64,000 bases of DNA from Parachlamydiales bacterium (GTDB lineage: Bacteria; Chlamydiota; Chlamydiia; Chlamydiales; JAFEGQ01), in NCBI GenBank assembly GCA_050250135.1, contig JBFWPF010000005.1:5690-69689 (forward strand), read 5' to 3'. Of this stretch, positions 57,265-64,000 are shown in pieces. The translations under genes were made by a program, and so were the position numbers. The notes below the pieces were generated by a model. The model was given only the letters and a program-made list of their open reading frames with translations, had not been told where the DNA came from and searched no databases. The first letter of the stretch is position 1, and each line of letters starts with the position of its first letter.

Positions 57265-58336
57265 TCTGGCGCGGCTTTGCCGCCTCGCCGTACTCCCCCC
57301 GTTTGTAGGCCGCCGCCATCTCCTCGAGGGTGACAATCGGCACATCGCCAGCGTGGCCCGCCTGTCCAAATTCCTTCATCCGCGCCTCACACACCTTCTC
57401 CATCGCATCGCGCGCTGGTGTTAGGTACTTGCGCGGATCAAACTCGGCCGGTTTCTCATCGAATAGCTTTCGGATCGCGCCAGTCATCGCAAGGCGACTA
57501 TCGGTGTCGACGTTGACCTTCCGAACGCCCGCCTTGATCCCCCGCTGGATCGCCTCCACAGGGACACCAAAGGTGGGGGGCATTTTTCCGTTGTGGTCGT
57601 TGATGATCTTGAGCAGCTCTTGGGGGACCGAGGAGGAGCCGTGCATCACCAGGTGGCACTTGGGGAGCCGCTTATGGATCTGCTCGATCCGCTCGATCGA
57701 GAGGACCTCACCCGTCGGTTTTTTGTCGAACTTGTAGGCGCCGTGGCTTGTGCCGCAGGCGATGGCTAGCGCATCGACCCCGGTCCGCTCGACAAAGTCG
57801 GCCGCTTGATCGGGATCGGTGAGGAGCTGCTCCAGAGAGAGTCTCCCCTCAGCTCCATGCCCATCCTCCTTCTCTCCCTCACCGGTGTCGAGCCGGCCCA
57901 AAACGCCCAGCTCTCCCTCAACGGAGACGCCGAGGGTGTGGGCCATGTCGACCACAGCTCGGGTAACGGCGACGTTGTACTCATAGCTGGCAGGTGTCTT
58001 CCCATCGGCCTCGAGGGAGCCATCCATCATCACGCTCGTAAAGCCCTGCTTAATCGCGCTCAGGCAGGTGTCTGGGCTATTCCCGTGGTCTTGGTGCATG
58101 ACGATCGGGATCTCGGGGTAGAGCTCAGCGGCGGCCAGCATCAGGTGGCGGAGGAAGGCATCCTGCGAATACTGCCGCGCTCCCCGACTTGCCTGAATGA
58201 TCACTGGACTTTGGGTCTTGCGTGCAGCGGCCATGATCGCCTGAATCTGCTCCATGTTGTTCACGTTGAGGGCAACGCAACCGAATCCCTTCTTGGCAGC
58301 ATAGTCTAAGAGGGGACGTAAAGGGATGAAGGGCAT
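57215..58336 (-). CDS. fba: Class II fructose-bisphosphate aldolase
   Basis: [39 protein letters not shown] and LVMHGSSS motifs. Confidence 0.96.
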   Translation of the reverse strand: MPFIPLRPLLDYAAKKGFGCVALNVNNMEQIQAIMAAARKTQSPVIIQASRGARQYSQDAFLRHLMLAAAELYPEIPIVMHQDHGNSPDTCLSAIKQGFTSVMMDGSLEADGKTPASYEYNVAVTRAVVDMAHTLGVSVEGELGVLGRLDTGEGEKEDGHGAEGRLSLEQLLTDPDQAADFVERTGVDALAIACGTSHGAYKFDKKPTGEVLSIERIEQIHKRLPKCHLVMHGSSSVPQELLKIINDHNGKMPPTFGVPVEAIQRGIKAGVRKVNVDTDSRLAMTGAIRKLFDEKPAEFDPRKYLTPARDAMEKVCEARMKEFGQAGHAGDVPIVTLEEMAAAYKRGEYGEAAKPRQITAQLAAKVPYLTASK

Positions 58337-58439
58337 AAGGCAACTCCTGTAACCGGTTTTGCTTCAGGCTATAGGAGTAGAGGGGTAAAGCACAAGAGCT
58401 AGCGGTGCCAGAAATGGGCCTAGTTGTTATACGGGCAGT

Positions 58440-58607
58440 ATGGGTAAGCATTTAGCTCCTTTGAGCCACATCCCGCTTGTGGGGACCCTTCATCTGCGTC
58501 GCGGAGCTCCTCCCCCAGGGCGCGGGGCCCTGGGGTCGTCACTCCACTCGCATCTGCCAGGCCCGCACGTCGCGGGATGCGTCTACAGGAGCTAAATACT
58601 TACCTAT
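58440..58607. repeat. Palindromic element, copy 7 (about 168 bp)
   Basis: Arms ATGGGTAAGCATTTAGCTCCT/AGGAGCTAAATACTTACCTAT; centre CTCCTC-CCCCAGGGC-gcggg-GCCCTGGGG-TCGTC. Confidence 0.88.
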
Positions 58608-60675
58608 GGTCCAACACCGCTTCACCAACCGGCTGATCCACGAGTCCTCCCCTTATTTGCAGCAACATGCACATAACCCGGTCGACTGGAGACCCTGGGG
58701 CGATGAGGCGATCGGAGAGGCTAAGAGTCAGAATAGGCCTATCTTCTTGTCGATCGGATACGCCACCTGCCACTGGTGCCACGTGATGGAGCGGGAGGCC
58801 TTCGATAGCGTCGAAGTGGCTCAATTATTAAATGAAAATTTTATTTGCATTAAGGTCGATCGGGAGGAGCTCCCGCAGGTCGATGCCATCTACATGGACT
58901 TTGCCCAGGCAATGTTGGGAGGGCTGGGGGGATGGCCGCTTAATGTGATGCTGACACCCGACCTAAAGCCCTTCTTTGCGGCGACCTACTTACCGATAGA
59001 GAGCAGTGGAACCGAGGTGGGGCTCATGGAGGTGCTCGAGCGGATCCGGCAGATCTGGTCGGGCCCTGAGCGGGAGGCACTGTTTGAGCAGGCGGAGCAT
59101 CTAGTAGCGGAGATGGCGGAGCACCTGCAGGTGGGCGAGGGGGAGGTGCCGGGGGAGCACCTGGTGACGGCGGTGATGGAGATTTTGTTTCGAGTTGCCG
59201 ATTCTCAGCACGGGGGGATCCAGGGGGCGCCGAAGTTTCCGATGGCCTATCACGTCAATACGGTGTTGGCCTTTGCGAAGAAGACAGGGGACAGCCGGGC
59301 CCTGTTTTACGCGGGGCGTACCCTTGATCAGATGGCAGCGGGGGGCATTTACGACCATTTGGGGGGCGGGTTTGCCCGCTACACAGTTGATGAGGGGTGG
59401 CTCCGGCCCCACTTTGAAAAGATGCTGCTCGACAACGGGCTGCTGGCGTTGGCCTACCTAAAGGGGTGGCGGGTGATGCGGCAGGGCCGCTATGAGCAGG
59501 TAGCCCGCGATACGCTCGACTATTTGCTCCGAGAGATGGTCCACGAGTCGGGGGGCTTTTTGTCGGCTGAGGATGCCGATTCGGAGGGGCAGGAGGGGCT
59601 CTTTTACACCTGGACATTGAGTCAGGTGATCGAGGTGCTGGGTCACGAGGAGGGGCACCTCTTTGCCGACTACTTTGGGGTGACCTCGGAGGGGAACTGG
59701 GAGGGGCGAAATATCTTGTATCAGGTGGAGCCCTTAGACCACTTTGCGCAGCGCCATGGCCTCGATCGGGAGCAGTTTGCCGAGAAGCTGACCGAGATGC
59801 GGTGGAAGATGTGGCAGGCGCGGGAGGCGCGGGAGCACCCCCTTAAGGATGACAAGGTAGTGGCGGGTTGGAACGGACTGGCGATCCGGGCCTTTGCCGA
59901 GGGGGGGATCGCTTTTGGGGAGGAGCGCTACCTGCAGCAGGCAGAGCGGTGCGCTCGGCTAGTGCGAGGGGAGATGTGGCGCGAGGGGCGCCTTTTGCGC
60001 CGCTGGCGGGAAGGGGAGGTAGGGTGCTCGGCTTGTATCGAGGATTACGCCTACCTGATCTCGGGTCTTCTCAGCCTCTTTGAAGCGGGGCGGGGGAGTG
60101 AGTGGCTGGTCTTCGCGATGGAGCTCGCTAGGGTGGTGAGCGCTGAGTTTAAGCAGGAAGGGGGCCCCTTCTACCGGACGGCTGCTGGGGATGAGCACCT
60201 GATCTTGCGCCTTGTGGATCTGTATGATGGGGCCGAGCCCTCGGGGAATGCGGTCCACTGTGAAAACTTGATCCGCCTCTTCCATCTGACGGGAGCGGAG
60301 TCCTATTTGGGAGAGGCCGAGGAGGTGCTCGCCTATGCCCGCACCTTTATTGAGCAGCATCCCGTTGGGGGGATGTACCACCTGCTCGCCTTAGAGCGCT
60401 ACCTGAACAAGGAGGCACCCCTCCTCGTCGTGGCCCTCGATGGGGAGGGGAGCTTGAAGGGGGAGATCGCGAGGGCGATAGGGGAGAGTGGAGCCCCCTT
60501 TATTAATGTGATCTGGCGCTACGAGGGAGATGAGGCCCTTTTCGAGCGGATCCCCCTTGTTCGGGAGCAGCGCCCCATCGAGGGGAAGACGACCCTCTAT
60601 CTCTGCAAGAATCGCACTTGCGCTGCGCCGACGACCGATCGGAGCGCTATCCTCCAGCAAATCCGGGCGTTGTGA
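58606..60675 (+). CDS. Thioredoxin-domain DUF255 / YyaL (SSP411-like) protein
   Basis: [40 protein letters not shown] and PHFEKML motifs. Confidence 0.93.
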   Translation: MVQHRFTNRLIHESSPYLQQHAHNPVDWRPWGDEAIGEAKSQNRPIFLSIGYATCHWCHVMEREAFDSVEVAQLLNENFICIKVDREELPQVDAIYMDFAQAMLGGLGGWPLNVMLTPDLKPFFAATYLPIESSGTEVGLMEVLERIRQIWSGPEREALFEQAEHLVAEMAEHLQVGEGEVPGEHLVTAVMEILFRVADSQHGGIQGAPKFPMAYHVNTVLAFAKKTGDSRALFYAGRTLDQMAAGGIYDHLGGGFARYTVDEGWLRPHFEKMLLDNGLLALAYLKGWRVMRQGRYEQVARDTLDYLLREMVHESGGFLSAEDADSEGQEGLFYTWTLSQVIEVLGHEEGHLFADYFGVTSEGNWEGRNILYQVEPLDHFAQRHGLDREQFAEKLTEMRWKMWQAREAREHPLKDDKVVAGWNGLAIRAFAEGGIAFGEERYLQQAERCARLVRGEMWREGRLLRRWREGEVGCSACIEDYAYLISGLLSLFEAGRGSEWLVFAMELARVVSAEFKQEGGPFYRTAAGDEHLILRLVDLYDGAEPSGNAVHCENLIRLFHLTGAESYLGEAEEVLAYARTFIEQHPVGGMYHLLALERYLNKEAPLLVVALDGEGSLKGEIARAIGESGAPFINVIWRYEGDEALFERIPLVREQRPIEGKTTLYLCKNRTCAAPTTDRSAILQQIRAL

Positions 60676-60717
60676 AAGGCGTTGCCCCGGAAGGGGCATT
60701 CCGCCACAATCGGGTCT

Positions 60718-62625
60718 ATGAAAGGGATAACACGAGAAGGGCGGGCCCTCGATTTGATTCGGGAGGGTGCGTCAGCATTAGCTAAGGGCAGGCAGGAGGC
60801 GGTGGCCCTCTTTGCTAAGGCCGAGGAGCTCTCGGAGGAAAGCCCCCTTGTCCTCTACTGGATCGGCTTAGCTTGGCTCTCCTATGGAAGGGAGGGGAGG
60901 GAGCAGGGGTGGCTTAAGGCTCGGGAGTTTTTCGAGCGGGCGACCTTGCAGGATGGGACCCTCTCTTGCGCCTGGAAGGGGCTCGGGTGTGCCCTAGGGC
61001 AGCTGGGGGCAGCCTACGGTGAGCTTGAGCTCTTCCAAAAGGGAGATGAGGCCTTCCGGCGGGGGTGCGTGGATGATCCCGATCTCCACTCGGAGTGGGG
61101 AAAGATGCTGACCCTTTGCGGCGCGCTTTCGGAGGAGGGGATCGACTATCGGCATGCGCTAGAGCGGTTTGAGCAGGCGGAGCGTCTAGGGGCCAAAGGG
61201 GCCGACTTTTGGATCGAGAAGGGGAGGGTCTACCGGGCCCTTAGCGACCTAACCTGTGACCGGACCCACCTCCTCCGGGCGATCAGCGCCTTTGAGCAGG
61301 GGGCCGACCTCCCAGAGGGGCGCCTTGAGATGGCGCGGACGCTGGCCTACCTCTACGCCCTCGAAGGGGGGCGGCTCTCCTTCGATCGGGCACAGGTCGC
61401 CTTTGTAGCGGCGGCGATGGCCGACCCCACTTCAGCTAAGGTAAAGATTGAGTGGGCCCGCCACCTGATCGCAGGGGCTGGGGGAGTTAAAGAAGAGCGT
61501 TTCCTCAAGGAGGCGATGGAAAAGATCGCCGCCGCTGAGATGGCGGGAGGGGATCCAGTCCTCTGCGCCTACCTAAAGGTTAAGGGGCTTATCGGAAGGG
61601 GCGAGGAGCTCGGCCCCCTCTATGAGGCGCAAGGGGTCGGTGAGGAGTGTGTCGGTCGTATGCCGACCGAGCCGCTCGCCTACTGCGCGCTCGCTGAGAG
61701 CTTGGAGGCCCTTGGCGACTATTTTGCGGAGGCCCCTTATGTGGAGGAGGCCCTCTCCCATTTCCAACACGCCCTGACCCTCGATGGAGGGTGCCTGGAG
61801 GCCCATCTCGGGATGGCCCGCCTTATGGCTCTCTTAGCAGGAGGCGAAGAGGAGCGGCCGATGCTGGAGCAGGCGATCGGCCACGCGGCAGCTGCCTCCC
61901 GCTCGCCCCTCCATGCTGCCACAGCCCACCACCTCTGGGGAGTCGCCCTGGCCAAGCTGGCCGAGATCCGGAGCAGGAGCCTGCTTGCTCGCGAGGCGGT
62001 TGACCACTTTGAGCAGGCGATTGCGTTAAAGGGGGGACCGGGAGGCGTTGATGATCATGAGTGGCTCTTCCACTACGGGTGTGCCCTCGATCTGCTTGGG
62101 ACCTTCCACGACGATGAGGGGATCCACTACCGGGCGATCCAGGTCCTTGAGGCGGTGCTTGCAAACAACGCCGAGGACCCGAGCATCCGCTTTCAGCTTG
62201 CCATGGCCTATGTCCATTATGGGGAGCTTGCCTGCGATCCCGAGGCCTTTGATAAGGCGCTCCTCCATTTCGCTGAAGTAGCGGCCATTAGGCCCGATGA
62301 GGAGGCGGTTTGGGATGAGTGGGGGTGCAGCCTCCTCTCCTACGCCCACCTCGTCGACGATCCCGCCCATTTGGAGGAGGCCGATCGGCTCCGGCGGGAT
62401 GCGCGGGAGAAGCTCTTAGTGGCGCTCAAGTTGGGGGGGCACGAGGCCCTCTACCACCTCGCTTGGCTTTACGCTGAGGTGGGGGAGCACCAAACGGCCA
62501 CCACCTTTTTGGAGCGGGCCGCTGAGAAAGGGGTCCTCCCCTCCCGCGACCAACTGCTGGAGGAGGAGTGGCTGGAAGCGCTCCGCCACACCGAGGCCTT
62601 CCGCGATTTCCTCGACCGCATCTAG
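60718..62625 (+). CDS. TPR-repeat protein (chlamydial type)
   Basis: Repeated W/Y..G.AL..L and A...FEQA helical units; C-terminal YHLA..YA and L.EEWL..LR....F. Confidence 0.8.
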   Translation: MKGITREGRALDLIREGASALAKGRQEAVALFAKAEELSEESPLVLYWIGLAWLSYGREGREQGWLKAREFFERATLQDGTLSCAWKGLGCALGQLGAAYGELELFQKGDEAFRRGCVDDPDLHSEWGKMLTLCGALSEEGIDYRHALERFEQAERLGAKGADFWIEKGRVYRALSDLTCDRTHLLRAISAFEQGADLPEGRLEMARTLAYLYALEGGRLSFDRAQVAFVAAAMADPTSAKVKIEWARHLIAGAGGVKEERFLKEAMEKIAAAEMAGGDPVLCAYLKVKGLIGRGEELGPLYEAQGVGEECVGRMPTEPLAYCALAESLEALGDYFAEAPYVEEALSHFQHALTLDGGCLEAHLGMARLMALLAGGEEERPMLEQAIGHAAAASRSPLHAATAHHLWGVALAKLAEIRSRSLLAREAVDHFEQAIALKGGPGGVDDHEWLFHYGCALDLLGTFHDDEGIHYRAIQVLEAVLANNAEDPSIRFQLAMAYVHYGELACDPEAFDKALLHFAEVAAIRPDEEAVWDEWGCSLLSYAHLVDDPAHLEEADRLRRDAREKLLVALKLGGHEALYHLAWLYAEVGEHQTATTFLERAAEKGVLPSRDQLLEEEWLEALRHTEAFRDFLDRI

Positions 62626-62664
62626 GGCATGTGCAAAGTCTGCGCCAGTTGTTCATTGCCTACC

Positions 62665-62991
62665 CTCAAGTTGATTAGAAAATTTTACCACAGAGGGCAC
62701 AGAGAAGCACAGAGGTGATCTTATTCCTTCGGAATAAGATCACACAGCTGCTCCCCAGGGGGAGGCCCCTGGGGAGCAATCCCAGCGTTCCCATCGCCTA
62801 TCTATTGTAGCCCTAACGTAGGGCGGACTATTTTGTCCCCCGGGCCATCCCCGGGGGACAGGCTGTTTTGGCCTATTCCGGAGGAATGGGCCAAACTAGA
62901 GACCGTGCCCCATGGACATCCGTTTTGCTTCCTACACCCCCTCTGTGCCTCTCTGTGCCCTCTGTGGTAAAAATCTCTATATCAACTTGAG
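62665..62991. mobile_element. 327-bp non-coding element with long terminal inverted repeats enclosing five hairpins (MITE-like or structured RNA)
   Basis: CTCAAGTTGA/TCAACTTGAG and TTTTACCACAGAGGGCACAGAGA.GCACAGAGG with its complement; internal hairpins at 62715-43, 62749-78, 62810-24, 62834-60 and 62867-95. Confidence 0.7.
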
Positions 62992-63134
62992 CCAGCTAAT
63001 GGGTGACACGTCCTAGAGCCATAGACACGGAAGGCGGACTGGAGATTCAGAAAAATTAAAGATTGCGCAAAGTTTTTGTTGCGCCCCATCGCCCTCTCTG
63101 GCAAACTCAAATTTAAGTGCCATAGGAGGGGACG

Positions 63135-64000
63135 ATGGAAATGCAAGCTTCTACTCCCGCGCCCGCTCAAGGGGACAAGCGCTTCATACCCATCCACGAC
63201 CAAATCCCGAACTTGAGCCCTTATGCGAAGGTGATTCCGATTTCGGAGAGGGTGTTTGCGGCGCAGCCAGTAGAGAGTGGGCCGATTACCTTTTGGGACT
63301 TGGAAAAGGGGGGGACGTCTACTTGGGAGAACAAGAACGGGTGTCGCTACCTCAACCGGTGGGGGGATAAGGCCTACTTTGGGGCTAACGGGAGTTGGTC
63401 GGGAAGCCTCTTTGAGCTCGGTTTGGAAGAGCTAAAGGAGCCTGAGAGTCGCCCCTATATCCGCAACACTATCCGGAAGGTCTGCCCGCTGACCGATGGG
63501 CGGACGGTGACCCTAACCGACAAACACGTTCGCTACTGGGGCTCCGATCAGCAGTTGCAGCAAGAGATCGTTACGGGCTCTCAATTTGTGGGGGGTGGGG
63601 AAACGGCCAATGAGTTGGTCTACCTCTGGGAGCATGCCGAGAAGGGGGAGCAGCTTCGCGCCTGCTCGATCCGTCCCCAGGGCCCTAATGAGATTATGCC
63701 CAAACCTTATCACACCGCCCCTGCCGACTCCCGCTACCTCTTTGCCGAGTCGGCGATCCTCTCCCTCACCACCAATGAGCAGAAGGAGGTGGTCTGTGAG
63801 GCCCTTGTGAGCCAGGAAAATGGTGAGCTCAAACCCCTGTGGAAAACGGTGGTCCTCAAGGAAGAGTCGGTGCCGATGAGCAGCAGCATGGGGAGCCTCT
63901 TGATCACCCCTTCTACCCTTGTGTGGGCAGGAGAAAATCAAGAGGCCTATGCCTTCCGAACGGTTGAGGGAGAGCGGGGGAGGGTCTTTACTCTCCGCAA
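63135..64000 (+). CDS. Hypothetical protein, possible beta-propeller (partial, runs off the window)
   Basis: Missing from the ORF track; AGGAGG SD and ATG 63135; frame open to 64000; WD-like ITFWD, VRYWG and VYLWE segments. Confidence 0.75.
   Translation, partial: MEMQASTPAPAQGDKRFIPIHDQIPNLSPYAKVIPISERVFAAQPVESGPITFWDLEKGGTSTWENKNGCRYLNRWGDKAYFGANGSWSGSLFELGLEELKEPESRPYIRNTIRKVCPLTDGRTVTLTDKHVRYWGSDQQLQQEIVTGSQFVGGGETANELVYLWEHAEKGEQLRACSIRPQGPNEIMPKPYHTAPADSRYLFAESAILSLTTNEQKEVVCEALVSQENGELKPLWKTVVLKEESVPMSSSMGSLLITPSTLVWAGENQEAYAFRTVEGERGRVFTLR

Noticed and set aside
1-64000. CRISPR array or cas genes
   Set aside because: No regularly spaced direct repeats; the repeats are dispersed palindromes, and the hairpins at 62715-62895 differ in sequence.

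Overview
Chromosomal window from a GC-rich environmental Chlamydiota bacterium (GC roughly 60% by eye). The assignment rests on a fused glyQS, RNase HIII, a Slc1/CesT-type T3SS chaperone and four gene blocks syntenic with Chlamydia: glyQS..pgsA-glgA-rplY-pth-rpsF-rpsR-rplI; PP2C-nifS-CBSx2; dcd-ruvB-spoIID-glgX-slc1-ssb-pepA..holA; gatCAB..rnhC-HTH. Accessory content: hicAB, a methyltransferase-Ddl-like fusion, a serpin, ADP-heptose genes, a nonulosonic-acid cluster, a SET-domain gene followed by an unannotated Lys-rich 48-aa ORF, and Inc-like paralog arrays. The main non-annotated signal is seven 158-170 bp palindromic elements with different arms but a shared central CTCCT(C)-hairpin-TCGTC architecture. 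They sit at start codons, stop codons, gene 5' ends and a tRNA 3' end; one is read through in frame inside a signal peptide and one interrupts a gene. Also found: a compact five-helix RNA upstream of tRNA-Gln, a 327-bp multi-hairpin element and a 62-bp loopless palindrome. No CRISPR array, rRNA, transposase or prophage was seen. All calls come from reading motifs by eye; no database searches were run.
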